NCBI GenBank assembly: GCA_039815185.1
Contig: JBCBZT010000014.1
Coordinates: 1 to 64,000 of the forward strand
Length of the DNA stretch: 64,000 bases
Direction of reading: 5' to 3'
Source of the DNA: Cyanobacteria bacterium P01_A01_bin.123
Lineage (GTDB): Bacteria > Cyanobacteriota > Cyanobacteriia > Phormidesmidales > Phormidesmidaceae
Shown here: one piece after another, positions 51,583 to 62,709 of the stretch
Layout: every line of letters begins with the position of its first letter
Numbering within the stretch: the first letter of the stretch is position 1
Made by a program: the position numbers and the translations under genes
Notes under the pieces: model-generated
What the model saw: the letters and a program-made list of their open reading frames with translations, nothing else
The model's database searches: none
What the model was told of the DNA's origin: nothing

Positions 51583-54462
51583 ATGGAGAAGCCTTCTGAA
51601 CAATTGAAGCCGTCTCAAATTGGGAAGCTGCCGCTACCGGTGGTGTTGGTTGTGCCATTTATTCTCCAAATCTTTGCAGCGGTCGGGTTGACGGGCTATG
51701 TGTCCCTACGCACAGGGCAAAACGCGGTGAATGATGTAGCCTCTCAACTGCGAGATGAACTGACGGCTCGGATTCAGCAGCAGATTGACACCTATATCGA
51801 AATTCCTCATTCAATCAATCAGATCAACACCAACGCCCTGGTGCAGGGTGACATTGATCCAGTTGTAGCTGGGGGAACCGATCAGCTCTGGCAACAGGCC
51901 AAAATTTTCAACACGACGAACCTAATTTATTGCGCCAGTGAGCAAGATGGCTCCTTCATTGGTGTGGGTTATCCCTTGACCAACGATAAGTTGCAAGCGA
52001 TCGCCTACAACCGTGACACTGCCCAAAAGGGTCATTACTATAATCTCGACCAGCGCGGGCAATTGAGTCAACGGGTTCAAAAAAACGATAGAACCTTTGA
52101 TGCCCGTAAGCGCCCCTGGTACATTGCCGCAAAAGCTGAAGGTGGGCCAGCTTGGAGCTCTATCTATCTGGATTTTGATACTCAACTGCCTACGATTACG
52201 GCAAGTGCCCCTGTGTATGACCCAGTGGGCAGTCAGTTGACGGGGGTTTGTGCCGTCGATTTCCTGCTGCCTGTGGAACTCAGTGCGTTTCTACAGACTT
52301 TGGCGGTGGGCAAAACTGGGGAGACCTTCATCGTGGATCGCTCCGGCACGTTGGTGTCGAGTTCTATTGACGAAGAACTGTTAGTTGGAGAAGGGGAAGA
52401 GACCCGCCGCAGAATGGCGATAGAGAGTCAGAATTCCCTTGTCCAAGAAACGGCTAACTTTCTGAACAATTGGTTTGGCAACTTAACCGAAATTGAGCAA
52501 TCGCAGCAGTTAGAATTCAGACTCGATCGTCAGCGACAATATGTCCAAGTGGTGCCTTTCAACGATGACCGAGGGCTAGACTGGCTAATTGTTTTAGTGG
52601 TGCCCGAAGCTGACTTTATGGAGCAAATCCAAGCCAACACCCGCACGACGATCTGGTTGTGTTTGGGGGCATTGGCGATCGCCACTGGGGTTGGCATCCT
52701 GACGACTCGATGGATTACCCGCCCGATTTTGCACCTCAGCACCGTCAGTCAAAGCTTGGCTCGACAAACCCCCACCAACCCGATTGAGTCCATTGCCCAC
52801 CGCCCGGTCAAGGCCAGAGGCATTCGGGAAATCGACATCCTAGCGGCATCTTTTAATCGCATGGCTGATCAGCTCAGCGCGTCATTCAACGCCCTGGCCC
52901 GCACCAATGTGGAATTAGAAACCCGCGTGGATAAACGCACTGCCGATTTGCAACAGGCAAAAGAGGAAGCCGACGCCGCCAACCAAGCCAAAAGCGAGTT
53001 TTTGGCCAACATGAGCCATGAGTTGCGCACGCCGCTCAATGCAATTTTAGGCTTTACTCAACTGCTGATGCGTGACCCATCGTTGTCTCCACAGCACTAC
53101 GACAATCTCGGCATTGTTAACAACAGCGGTGAGCATTTGTTGGCGTTGATCAACGATGTCTTGGAAATGTCAAAAATTGAGGCAGGCCGCATTACGCTAA
53201 ACCAGCACACGGTCGATTTGTTTTATCTGGTCACGAGTTTAGAGGCCATGCTGCGGTTTCGGGCCGAATCTAAGGGGTTACAACTCACCTTTGATCGGGC
53301 TCCTGGGGTGCCACAGTTTGTCTTGACTGATGAAGGCAAACTGCGCCAGGTGTTAATCAACCTGTTGGGGAATGCGATTAAATTTACCCGAGCTGGCCAG
53401 GTCAGTCTGCGGGTGGATCTGAGCGATGACGCAATCGGCCCAGAGTCAGATGCGGGAGCGATCGCTCCAACCCAATCCCTCCTATTTGAAGTTGCCGACA
53501 CCGGGATTGGTATTCCTGAGGCAGAGCTAGAAGAAATTTTTGACGCTTTTGTACAGGCTAAAGTAGTCAAGCGATCGCAGCGCGGAACCGGCCTGGGGCT
53601 TGCAATTAGCCGACAGTTTGTGCGGTTGATGGGGGGCGATATTATTGTCCACAGCGCGGTGGGAGAAGGCAGCACATTTCGCTTTACAATCCCGCTGATC
53701 TTGACCGCCGCTGGCCAAGATTATCCCCACAAAATCTTTCCACAAGTGGTAGCTTTGGCTGCTGAGCAGCCCCGGTATCGCCTTTTAATCGCGGACGATC
53801 AGCCCGATAATCGGGCAGTGCTGCGTCAACTGTTAACTCAGGTGGGCTTTGACGTGTGTGAGGCGGCAGATGGCAAAGACGCGATCGCCCGCTATCACGA
53901 CTACCACCCCAATCTAATTTGGATGGACATGCGGATGCCCGTGATGGATGGCTATGAAGCCACGCAAAAGATTCGTGCGATTGAAGCCTCCAAGACAGGG
54001 GATGCCCCTCCATCCCGCACTGTCATCATTGCCCTAACCGCGAGCGTGTTTGAAGAAAAGCGTGAACAGGTGCTGGGTGTGGGCTGCGATGACTTCGTTC
54101 GCAAACCCTACCGAGACTCAATTATTTTTGAAAAACTGACCGAGCATTTAGGCGTCAAATATATGTACGCCGAGACCGAAACCGTTCCGTCGCCTGGTTC
54201 CGCAACTCAGCCCGGTGAAATGTCTAACGGTGCGGCATTGCCCCTGAGTAAGATTTCTCGATCTGATTTAGACGTCATGCCTTCAGACTGGCTGGGTCAA
54301 CTTTATCAAGCCGCAGTCCAGGTCGATGGCGACCAGCTTTATGCGCTGATTCAGCAGATCCCCGACGCTCAAAGTCAACTGGCTCAGCAGCTGACCCAGC
54401 TAGCTAACACATTTGACTATGACGCTATTTTGGTGTGGATTGAGACAGTTCAGGGCGGGTGA
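51583..54462 (+). CDS. hybrid sensor histidine kinase (Cache-HAMP-HisKA-HATPase-REC)
   Basis: [47 protein letters not shown]. Confidence 0.93.
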   Translation: MEKPSEQLKPSQIGKLPLPVVLVVPFILQIFAAVGLTGYVSLRTGQNAVNDVASQLRDELTARIQQQIDTYIEIPHSINQINTNALVQGDIDPVVAGGTDQLWQQAKIFNTTNLIYCASEQDGSFIGVGYPLTNDKLQAIAYNRDTAQKGHYYNLDQRGQLSQRVQKNDRTFDARKRPWYIAAKAEGGPAWSSIYLDFDTQLPTITASAPVYDPVGSQLTGVCAVDFLLPVELSAFLQTLAVGKTGETFIVDRSGTLVSSSIDEELLVGEGEETRRRMAIESQNSLVQETANFLNNWFGNLTEIEQSQQLEFRLDRQRQYVQVVPFNDDRGLDWLIVLVVPEADFMEQIQANTRTTIWLCLGALAIATGVGILTTRWITRPILHLSTVSQSLARQTPTNPIESIAHRPVKARGIREIDILAASFNRMADQLSASFNALARTNVELETRVDKRTADLQQAKEEADAANQAKSEFLANMSHELRTPLNAILGFTQLLMRDPSLSPQHYDNLGIVNNSGEHLLALINDVLEMSKIEAGRITLNQHTVDLFYLVTSLEAMLRFRAESKGLQLTFDRAPGVPQFVLTDEGKLRQVLINLLGNAIKFTRAGQVSLRVDLSDDAIGPESDAGAIAPTQSLLFEVADTGIGIPEAELEEIFDAFVQAKVVKRSQRGTGLGLAISRQFVRLMGGDIIVHSAVGEGSTFRFTIPLILTAAGQDYPHKIFPQVVALAAEQPRYRLLIADDQPDNRAVLRQLLTQVGFDVCEAADGKDAIARYHDYHPNLIWMDMRMPVMDGYEATQKIRAIEASKTGDAPPSRTVIIALTASVFEEKREQVLGVGCDDFVRKPYRDSIIFEKLTEHLGVKYMYAETETVPSPGSATQPGEMSNGAALPLSKISRSDLDVMPSDWLGQLYQAAVQVDGDQLYALIQQIPDAQSQLAQQLTQLANTFDYDAILVWIETVQGG

Positions 54463-54524
54463 GGGAGCGGGGGATGGGTAAGGCAAGAGAAGAGTTTTAT
54501 CCCTTACGCCTCACGGCTTACGGC

Positions 54525-55028
54525 TTAGGATTCTTCAATCCAAGCCTCTAGACGAAATCGGGCAATTTGAAAGATTTCTGATAACGCCTGCGATCGCTCT
54601 GCGGATTCACTGTTTTGCAGTCGAATTGCAAAGGTTGAGAGAATGGTATCCGGAGTGTGGTGTTTCACGGCAATGATAAAGGGGAAGCCAAACTTGATCC
54701 GATAGGCTTGGTTGAGCTGTTGAAACTGGTCGTACCTTTCCGCACTAAGCTGATTTAGACCCACACCAGCCTGCTCCTGCACTGAGGCGTCGGCCATGGC
54801 AACCCGACTGCCTAAATCTGGGTGGGCGCAGATGAGGGTCAATTGCTCAGCTGGCGACAACGCATTGACGCAGGCAACCATGGTGCCATGCAGGTGATCA
54901 AGACTGTTAAAGGGGCGGTGGTGCCAAGTTGCCGCTGCGATCGCAGGAGTATCTTCAAACACAGCTTCTAAAGCGGCAGTAAAGTCAACCTGAGCCATGC
55001 GGTTTAAGTCAGCCAGCAGATAAGTCAT
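54525..55028 (-). CDS. uraD: OHCU decarboxylase
   Basis: LICAHPDLG, SVQEQAG, NQAYRIKFGFPFIIAVK, IARFRL. Confidence 0.9.
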   Translation of the reverse strand: MTYLLADLNRMAQVDFTAALEAVFEDTPAIAAATWHHRPFNSLDHLHGTMVACVNALSPAEQLTLICAHPDLGSRVAMADASVQEQAGVGLNQLSAERYDQFQQLNQAYRIKFGFPFIIAVKHHTPDTILSTFAIRLQNSESAERSQALSEIFQIARFRLEAWIEES

Positions 55029-55061
55029 CAGCAACCCAACCCTAGATTGAGGCAAAATTGT

Positions 55062-55191
55062 CTAGGGCGTGTCATCAATTCAACGCGAAAAGCTTTATGG
55101 CTGAGCCTTGCCACGCCCGACCCAACTAAACGAGCTGGGGACTGTCACCGTTGTTCTAAAAGCAATGGACAATCCAGATGACAGCCCCTAG
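55062..55191. mobile_element. MITE (non-autonomous IS-derived element) with CTAG at both ends
   Basis: Left CTAGGGCGTGTCATC, right GATGACAGCCCCTAG (reverse complement CTAGGGGCTGTCATC); no ORF. Confidence 0.75.
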
Positions 55192-55283
55192 ATCAGCTTG
55201 ACCGCTTTCAAACCAAAATAGAGTGCCATTGCTGTGGCAAAAGCTCCGCCCAGTAAAACAAGGTAAATTAAAGTTCCGCCCAT
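55188..55283 (-). CDS. petL: cytochrome b6f subunit 6
   Basis: Not in the ORF track. Manual translation MGGTLIYLVLLGGAFATAMALYFGLKAVKLI* (31 aa, typical ..GLxxVKLI end), divergent from aroB. Confidence 0.88.
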   Translation of the reverse strand: MGGTLIYLVLLGGAFATAMALYFGLKAVKLI

Positions 55284-55325
55284 TTGAGTATCTCTCATTC
55301 ATGCTTGCTATAGAATCATTGAATC

Positions 55326-56501
55326 ATGTCGGCTTCCCCTGCAAACACCCCAACCATTAATTTCGCAGATCTAGCCTCAACGGTCGTCCCTGTGCCGTTG
55401 CCCCAACAGGCTTACAACATCGCGATCGCGGCCCGTGGCCTCTATCATCTTGGCGCTTGGCTGATTGGCAGCGACCCACCGCTAATCAAACCTGGCCAGC
55501 GGCTTTTACTGGTGTCGAATACGACAGTGTTTGATTGGTATGGACAAAGCGCTTTGGATTCCCTGACAGCGGCAGGCTTTCAGGCCAAAGCCTGCGTTTT
55601 GCCAGACGGGGAGCAATACAAAACCCTGGATACGGTTAAAGCCATCTATGACGCGGCTCTAGATTACCAGCTGGAGCGGGGATCGGCCATGGTCGCCTTG
55701 GGTGGTGGTGTGATTGGTGATATGACCGGATTTGCCGCAGCCACATGGCTGCGGGGGATTGCGGTGGTGCAGGTACCTACTTCTCTTTTGGCCATGGTGG
55801 ATGCCTCCATTGGGGGCAAAACTGGGGTCAACCATCCCCAAGGCAAAAACCTGATTGGTGCGTTTCATCAGCCCAGGCTAGTGCTGATTGACCCCACTGT
55901 ATTGAACACGCTGCCCCAGCGAGAATTTCAAGCAGGCATGGCAGAAGTGATTAAGTATGGCGTGATTTGGGATGCCGATCTATTTGGTCAGCTTGAGGCA
56001 ACCGATGCGATCGCGTCTGCCCAAACAATCCCTGCTGATTTGCTGCAAACCATTCTGGTTCGTTCTGCTCAAGCCAAAGCCGCTGTTGTCAGCCAAGATG
56101 AAAAAGAAGCTGGGCTGCGGGCAATTTTGAATTATGGTCACACCATTGGTCATGCAGTGGAAAGTTTGACGGGATATTGCAGTGTCAATCATGGAGAAGC
56201 GGTGGCTATTGGCATGGCAGCAGTGGGAGAAATTGCCGTTGACCTCAATACATGGTCTGCTTTAGAGGCAAACCGACAAACCGCGCTGATCCAAAAAGTG
56301 GGCCTGCCGACACAAATACCAGCAGGTTTGTCGGCTGACGCCATTTTGAGAACGCTGCAATCCGATAAGAAGGTCAAAAATGGTCAGGTTCGGTTTGTCC
56401 TACCCGAGGGCATCGGTAAAGCTTTTGTCAGCAACCAGGTCACTAAGGAGGCTATTGTGAAAGCCATTGCTGCCATGGTCGTTGACGTAACCGTCTCATA
56501 G
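55326..56501 (+). CDS. aroB: 3-dehydroquinate synthase
   Basis: [43 protein letters not shown]. Confidence 0.96.
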   Translation: MSASPANTPTINFADLASTVVPVPLPQQAYNIAIAARGLYHLGAWLIGSDPPLIKPGQRLLLVSNTTVFDWYGQSALDSLTAAGFQAKACVLPDGEQYKTLDTVKAIYDAALDYQLERGSAMVALGGGVIGDMTGFAAATWLRGIAVVQVPTSLLAMVDASIGGKTGVNHPQGKNLIGAFHQPRLVLIDPTVLNTLPQREFQAGMAEVIKYGVIWDADLFGQLEATDAIASAQTIPADLLQTILVRSAQAKAAVVSQDEKEAGLRAILNYGHTIGHAVESLTGYCSVNHGEAVAIGMAAVGEIAVDLNTWSALEANRQTALIQKVGLPTQIPAGLSADAILRTLQSDKKVKNGQVRFVLPEGIGKAFVSNQVTKEAIVKAIAAMVVDVTVS

Positions 56502-56568
56502 GGGATAGGTTCAGCCCATTGGGCAATAATTATCCATAGCTCCCAACTCTTTATCACTGTTGCTTCCC

Positions 56569-57231
56569 ATGCAAACCTACGACTCCCAGGCCAAACTTTC
56601 GACTGAACCTCAAATTTCCCCACGGTCGAGTTACCCGTTAGCAGTGCGTCAGGCTACAGTTGAGCGTAAGACGGGGGAGACTGATGTACAGGTGAGTCTC
56701 ACCGTTGACGGACAGGGGCGCTGCGGGGCCGATACGGGTATTCCTTTTCTCGACCATATGCTGCATCAGATTGCATCCCACGGGTTGTTTGATCTAGATG
56801 TACAGGCTAAGGGCGACCTCGAAATTGACGATCACCACACCAACGAAGATGTAGGCATCACCCTAGGCATGGCGTTGAAACAAGCCCTCGGCGATCGCAA
56901 AGGGATTGTCCGCTTTGGCCATTTTGTGGCGCCGTTGGACGAAGCCTTGGTGCAGGTTTCCCTAGATTTTTCCGGACGCCCCCACCTCAGCTATGGCTTG
57001 GAGATTCCGACGCAACGGGTCGGCACCTACGATACTCAACTGGTACGTGAGTTTTTCGTCGCGGTGGTGAACCACGCCCAAATGACGTTGCATATTCGCC
57101 AGCTTGACGGCATCAATTCTCACCACATCATTGAAGCTACATTCAAAGCCTTTGCCCGCGCTATGCGGATGGCCACAGAAGTGGATCCGCGTCGGGCACA
57201 CACGATCCCCAGTTCTAAAGGCGTATTGTAG
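56569..57231 (+). CDS. hisB: imidazoleglycerol-phosphate dehydratase
   Basis: [37 protein letters not shown]. Confidence 0.96.
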   Translation: MQTYDSQAKLSTEPQISPRSSYPLAVRQATVERKTGETDVQVSLTVDGQGRCGADTGIPFLDHMLHQIASHGLFDLDVQAKGDLEIDDHHTNEDVGITLGMALKQALGDRKGIVRFGHFVAPLDEALVQVSLDFSGRPHLSYGLEIPTQRVGTYDTQLVREFFVAVVNHAQMTLHIRQLDGINSHHIIEATFKAFARAMRMATEVDPRRAHTIPSSKGVL

Positions 57232-57390
57232 CGGCATTGCCTGGTGTTTTCGTAGCAGCCCAAAGAACTTGAATTCCACCAATACAATGAAGCTGATAAT
57301 GAGCAGTTAACTAGGATACGTTCTTGTCAGAGAGCTAACCCTTCGCTGGTGCGAGCGGTATGAAGGTTATCGGTGAGAGTTCAAGGTTGT

Positions 57391-59067
57391 CTATTGCCGC
57401 ACAACTTCACCGATGGGCAGCTTAAGTTTTGAAGGGCGATCACGGTCGTGATAAATCACCAGCGTAATGATCTTTGCATTCATGGTACGACCGGTTGCAG
57501 GATCGGCCATGAATCCTGGATTGACACTGTAGGCGGGGAAGCAAGCGGCGCTGATACTAAGCCGTAAACAGTGTCCTGAGGGAAGCCGGAAGCAGGTGGG
57601 TTGTAGAGGAATGATGATTTGACCTGAGTCGGCTTGGGCTTGATGATGACGACAATAGCCCTGGGTAAGGTTGTAAACGCTGCCGTCAGGCCGCACCTCT
57701 GAAACAATGGCGCAGAGATCAAAGCTGGGAGCATCCGCTGTGCAATACAGCTCGACTTGAATTTCGCCAGCGATCGCGATGGATGTAGCCAACGGTTCAC
57801 TGGTGTAGGTCAGCACGTCGCTGCGGCAGTCTAAAGCCGAGCGATCAAAGCTCCCGGCAGGGTTAGCAGCGTGACCCCCTAAGGAGGGAACAGGTCGCCA
57901 GGGATCATGGACGAAGGTATCGGGGGAATTGTCCGTCTCGTCTACTACAGCTTGGGTTAATCGACCATCGGTTTGATCGAGACCCGCAAGCCCAGTGCTG
58001 CTGAGCCAATAGGGGGTTGGGGTCACTTGGGGCCAATGAGAAAATTGACGCCAGCGATCGCCCCCCATTTCAAACAGACATACCGATGGGGTTGCGGCTA
58101 GGTCTGGATCGCTGTGCTTGAGGTGGTGATCAAACCAGCGAATTTGCAGTCGATCGATCGGGGTGTTGGCTTCAGGGCCAAAATCTCGCTGCCCGACTTT
58201 GCGTCCCCAAGGGATATGTCCCCAGGGGCCGATCCAAAGGTGCTGGAGATGTTGGCTGCGATCGCGCATCTGCTTAAATAGCCGCAAATTGCCCCACAAA
58301 TAAGGGTCAAACCAGCCGCCGATGTGCAGCATGGGCAAGTCTATCTGGCTGAGATCAGGCGTCAGCGACTGCCAGTAGTCATCCCATTGGGGATGGGCAA
58401 CCCAATCATGAAAGAAGGAATCCGGCGCGTGATGCTTGAGCACTTCTGGGCAAGTTGGGATTGGCTCAGACAGTGGTAAATTACGCGACGCTTTAAACAG
58501 TGCTTCATAGGCGATTTCATCCCCTTTCAATCGAGCCGTTTCTGCAGCCAATTGAATGGCCCAGCCTAATCCAGCTTGCAGCAGTAATGCCCCATTCTCA
58601 TAGGCCCAGTCTTCGTAAAGGTTGTAGCCGACCATGGCTGGGGCGATCGCCTTGAGCGCAGTTGGCTTAGCTTGGGCTGCATAGAGCTGAGTCATGCCCT
58701 GGTAAGAAAACCCATACATGCCGACTTGGCCGTTACTCTGGGGTAATTGAGCAGCCCAAGCTACCGTATCTTCCCCATCGGTGACTTCGTGCTCAAACAG
58801 GCGAAAATCACCTTCAGACGTCCCCCGTCCCCGCACATCTTGAATGACAACGAGGTAACCGTGGGCTGCATACCAAATGGGGTGAGCATAAACAACCGTA
58901 GACGCGATTGCCCGGCCATAGGGCTGGCGCATCAGCAATACCGGAAACTCCCCGGCTGCATCAGGTGCATAAATATCGGCGTCTAACCGGATGCGATCGC
59001 GGGTGAACATCGAGCGGGTTTGTTGAGCACGAACCGAGAACCGTTGAGTCTGGGATTTAGCGTTCAC
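57391..59067 (-). CDS. CocE/NonD family hydrolase
   Basis: RQPYG, QDVRGRGTSEG, GFSYQG, GGWFD, IGPWGH. Confidence 0.9.
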   Translation of the reverse strand: MNAKSQTQRFSVRAQQTRSMFTRDRIRLDADIYAPDAAGEFPVLLMRQPYGRAIASTVVYAHPIWYAAHGYLVVIQDVRGRGTSEGDFRLFEHEVTDGEDTVAWAAQLPQSNGQVGMYGFSYQGMTQLYAAQAKPTALKAIAPAMVGYNLYEDWAYENGALLLQAGLGWAIQLAAETARLKGDEIAYEALFKASRNLPLSEPIPTCPEVLKHHAPDSFFHDWVAHPQWDDYWQSLTPDLSQIDLPMLHIGGWFDPYLWGNLRLFKQMRDRSQHLQHLWIGPWGHIPWGRKVGQRDFGPEANTPIDRLQIRWFDHHLKHSDPDLAATPSVCLFEMGGDRWRQFSHWPQVTPTPYWLSSTGLAGLDQTDGRLTQAVVDETDNSPDTFVHDPWRPVPSLGGHAANPAGSFDRSALDCRSDVLTYTSEPLATSIAIAGEIQVELYCTADAPSFDLCAIVSEVRPDGSVYNLTQGYCRHHQAQADSGQIIIPLQPTCFRLPSGHCLRLSISAACFPAYSVNPGFMADPATGRTMNAKIITLVIYHDRDRPSKLKLPIGEVVRQ

Positions 59068-59110
59068 CGATACAGTGCCTCGAAATACCCCATCAGTTCT
59101 AACCTGTTGC

Positions 59111-59587
59111 TCATCTGACCCCCGCCAACCGATCTGAGCGTCGCAATACCGCCATGTCCTCCGCGTCTAAATCGACCGGGGTACCGCTGCGAATCAATTC
59201 GGCAAAATCTTCATTGGGCACCATGATACACAGGGTATAGAGCCGACTATCGCCCGTATTTTCGAGCACATGGACACCGTTGGGGGGCACTAAAACACTG
59301 TCTCCAGCTTGAATAGTAATTGTTTTGCCATCGCAGGTTGCTCGCCCTTCCCCTTTGAGGATGAAAAACATCTCAACTGCGATTTGATGGCGATTAGGCG
59401 GGGTTTTGCCCCCGACGTCGAAAATCTCGACGCAGTAGGTCAAAGACATATTGGCAACCATCGGATCAAAGACAATTGCCAAACGGTTGGTATCCCCAGG
59501 GCTAATCCGATAGGCCTGATAATCACCCGGGGATTTGAAGACAGGCAAGACACAAGTCGCCGAAATCGCACAGCTTTCTGCCACCAT
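59111..59587 (-). CDS. cupin domain protein
   Basis: TPPNRH...EMFFILKGEG...GDSVLVPP..VHVLEN. Confidence 0.85.
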   Translation of the reverse strand: MVAESCAISATCVLPVFKSPGDYQAYRISPGDTNRLAIVFDPMVANMSLTYCVEIFDVGGKTPPNRHQIAVEMFFILKGEGRATCDGKTITIQAGDSVLVPPNGVHVLENTGDSRLYTLCIMVPNEDFAELIRSGTPVDLDAEDMAVLRRSDRLAGVR

Positions 59588-59979
59588 GGAAAATCCTTCC
59601 AAATTTAGGGCCAAATTTTGGGTATACCCAGCACGGAGCGAACGATTCCTAAAGGTAAATACCGCTACATTTTTAGCGCGATGAGCTGACGCGACAGCCT
59701 TTTGGTCTAATTTTCGACCATCGCATACTGTTCAAACAGCAGCCTACAGCAAATTCTATACGGAACCGTATTACTAGTTGCCTACCTTTTAGCGTTTCTT
59801 CAGGAAACGATGATTTATGGCGATATTGTTAGCGATGGGTTGCCAGGTCTGTTGCCGCTGTCCCAATTTTTGCTTGGCTGCTGAGGTGTTGACCAGGGGC
59901 ATGAAGAAACAATAATGATGACGTGGATCTGACGACGTGTAACTGTAATTTCAAACTATTGGTCGTGGAGGTAGTTGCG

Positions 59980-60486
59980 GTGTCCAATGTTGAAGGGCTT
60001 TGGCGTTCTGGCAATCTTCTGGTGATGCAGAAAGGAGCAGAATTCCCTGATCGCTGTATCAAAACGAATCAGCCCGCTGACGGTAAACGATTTAAGGCAA
60101 TGCTGTACTGGCATCATCCCGCGTACTACATTCTAATTTTGGCAAGTTTGCTGATTTACATTATCGTTGCGCTGATTGTGCGTAAACATGCGATCGCTTA
60201 CGTCGGCGTGACTGAAGACGTTTTGCGCCAGCGCAAACAAGCGATTTTGTGGGGGTGGGGGATCGGCATTGCAGGCGTCGTTTTGTTCTTTGGTGCTTTC
60301 TCATTTGAATCTGACACAGCCATACAAACCTCCCTCTTGCTCGGTTTTGCCTTAATGCTGGTGGGATTAATTGGCGGGATTATCAAGGCTACCCTCGTCG
60401 GGGTTACCCGGATTGAAGACGAGTATGTCTGGATTCGGGGAGTCAACGAAGCGTACTTAGATTTGCTGCCAGAATGGCAGGGATGA
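59980..60486 (+). CDS. hypothetical membrane protein
   Basis: GGAGGT RBS before GTG 59980; FPDRCIKTN motif, three TM segments. Confidence 0.65.
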   Translation: MSNVEGLWRSGNLLVMQKGAEFPDRCIKTNQPADGKRFKAMLYWHHPAYYILILASLLIYIIVALIVRKHAIAYVGVTEDVLRQRKQAILWGWGIGIAGVVLFFGAFSFESDTAIQTSLLLGFALMLVGLIGGIIKATLVGVTRIEDEYVWIRGVNEAYLDLLPEWQG

Positions 60487-60500
60487 ATTAACCTATTGGT

Positions 60501-61163
60501 CTACTCAAGATTGGGCAAAAACCTGCTGGCGAGTAGGGCAACTTGGGTGCGATCGCGGAGTTGTAAATGGCTCAAAATACTGCTGACATGATTTTTCACT
60601 GTCCGGGCAGAGATGTGCAACGCTTCCGCAATTTCTCGATTATTTGCCCCCGTGGCAATTAGCTGTAAAACCTCCTGCTCGCGGGGGGATAGGGTGAAAA
60701 ATTCAGGCGGAATATTGGGAATGTTGGCGGTCTCCGGGGAAGCTGTCATTGCCTTTTCAAACAGGCCTGGCCCCAAGTAGGTATAGCCTTTATGGGTGGC
60801 GCGAATGGCTTCGGCGAGTTCTTCAGAGGGGGTGTCTTTGAGCAAATATCCCTTGGCCCCGTATTGCATTGCCTGGGCCACATACTCATCGTCATCAAAC
60901 GTGCTTAAGATCAACACTTTCAAGTTAATCCAGCGTTGGTGAATGTGTTGGATGGCAGCAACCCCATCCATAACCGGCATGCGGATGTCGAGCAGAACTA
61001 AATCGGGCTGATTCGGGGTGCCCATCAGTGAGGCAATGAGCGCGATCGCCCCTTGGCCATCCTCAGCCTCGCCGACCACACAAAAATCCGGCCTGGCCTG
61101 GAGCAGGCTGCTCAATCCCTGCCGAATCAGAACCTGATCATCGACAATTACCAGTCGAATCAC
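60501..61163 (-). CDS. NarL/LuxR family response regulator
   Basis: VDD, LDIRMP, YLLK; LSPREQEVL...NREIAEAL.IS.RTVKNH. Confidence 0.94.
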   Translation of the reverse strand: MIRLVIVDDQVLIRQGLSSLLQARPDFCVVGEAEDGQGAIALIASLMGTPNQPDLVLLDIRMPVMDGVAAIQHIHQRWINLKVLILSTFDDDEYVAQAMQYGAKGYLLKDTPSEELAEAIRATHKGYTYLGPGLFEKAMTASPETANIPNIPPEFFTLSPREQEVLQLIATGANNREIAEALHISARTVKNHVSSILSHLQLRDRTQVALLASRFLPNLE

Positions 61164-62440
61164 AACATCACCTTAGCCAGCGGTAGTTTAGCGCTGAGCT
61201 GACAGCCTTGGCCTGGGGCTGTCACAATCTGGAGTTGTCCACCCATCGCCGCCGCCCGCTCACGCATACTTTTGAGGCCAAACCCAGCCGTGGTTTGGGC
61301 CGGGTCAAAGCCAATCCCGTTGTCTTTAATCATCAGCCAGAGGGAGTCAAAATCAGTCTTTACCCTTAGCTTAATTTGGTTTGCCTGGCTGTGCTTGGCA
61401 ACGTTGGTCAAAGCCTCTTGGACAAGACGATAGACTGTTGTGCTGACCTCGCTTTTGACGGTGTTACCCAGCTGCAATTCGTAGATAAAGTCTCCACTGA
61501 TCTGATTTTGAAATTCGCGACAAAGAACCTGTAAAGCAGTAGACAGGGGTTTTCCCTTCAAGGGGTCAGACCGTAGGGTAGAAACCGACTGACGAATTTC
61601 TGTCAACGCCGTCGCTGCAAGATGCTGGGCTGTTTGGAGATAGGTCTCTGTTTTTTGTGGGTCTGACTGGCAAAACATCAAGGCATTTTCGAGCTGAATC
61701 CGCTGGGCTGTGAGGTTATGACCCACTGCATCGTGAATTTCTTGAGCAATGCGATTGCGTTCTTGGAGGGTGGCTTGGTCTTCAATCCGCAATGCGTACT
61801 GACGGAGCTGCTGGTGAACTGCGGCTAACTGCTGTCGACTTGCCCGCTCTGAGAGTAAAGCGTTGACCAGCATCAGCATACAGGCCAGTACCAAAATAGA
61901 GAGTAATATACCGCTAATGCCGCCGATCAGAAGTAGGGTGTTGAGCTGTGCCAAGCTCAATGCAGGCAATTCCTTGAGTTCTGATTGGATGCGCTGGACA
62001 TCGCTTAAGGGAATAACCAGAGATGTTGTGGCCAGTCCGAAGGCTAACCCAGTCACCCACCATCGGGCAGTGCGCCGAAAGATCAAATATCCGCGAATGG
62101 CCACGACGATATAGGGCATGAGAAACGGAGATCGCCAGTTAACAAGGGTGGTCGCAAGCAAAATTAGCCCAAACTGGATCGCAATGTAAGCCCACTTGCT
62201 CAGGGCTGGCCCTGCAGGCAAGCGTATCCCCAGCAAGCCTAAAGCTGCCAGGCATAAAAGGGTCAATAACCAAGCAAACGGAAACGGTTCAGTTTCGACC
62301 AGGGACTCACCCAACAATGTCGATAAGTAAGGCATGTTTTCCCACGGCAGTTCAGTGAGAACTGCGATGCCGATTAGAATCCACTCAGTAATCTGAATTG
62401 AACGAAACGGATGGGGTTGGGTTTGGAACCAATGTGTCAC
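61160..62440 (-). CDS. sensor histidine kinase (HisKA_3 type)
   Basis: ERNRIAQEIHDAVGH, QEALTNVAKH, DNGIGF, GFGLKSMRER. Confidence 0.93.
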   Translation of the reverse strand: MTHWFQTQPHPFRSIQITEWILIGIAVLTELPWENMPYLSTLLGESLVETEPFPFAWLLTLLCLAALGLLGIRLPAGPALSKWAYIAIQFGLILLATTLVNWRSPFLMPYIVVAIRGYLIFRRTARWWVTGLAFGLATTSLVIPLSDVQRIQSELKELPALSLAQLNTLLLIGGISGILLSILVLACMLMLVNALLSERASRQQLAAVHQQLRQYALRIEDQATLQERNRIAQEIHDAVGHNLTAQRIQLENALMFCQSDPQKTETYLQTAQHLAATALTEIRQSVSTLRSDPLKGKPLSTALQVLCREFQNQISGDFIYELQLGNTVKSEVSTTVYRLVQEALTNVAKHSQANQIKLRVKTDFDSLWLMIKDNGIGFDPAQTTAGFGLKSMRERAAAMGGQLQIVTAPGQGCQLSAKLPLAKVML

Positions 62441-62709
62441 GGTTCACCTTACTTATGAGAAAACGCCACATTCCGGGCTAGATGGGATTTAACGTCGGCC
62501 TCATCGGGATTGCAAACATATGTTCTTTACCTTAGGCAGGTTAGGGATGTTTTTACCAGAGTCTTTTGTCACAAAAACGCCGACGTCTTCATGACGAAAG
62601 TGCTATCGGGAAATCGATCTTCAGACTCATTGGGTTTAGGCATGTAGCCTCATGCAAACCGTCCATTGAGATCCTTACGATAAGGCCTGAGTTTGTTACG
62701 ATTACAACG

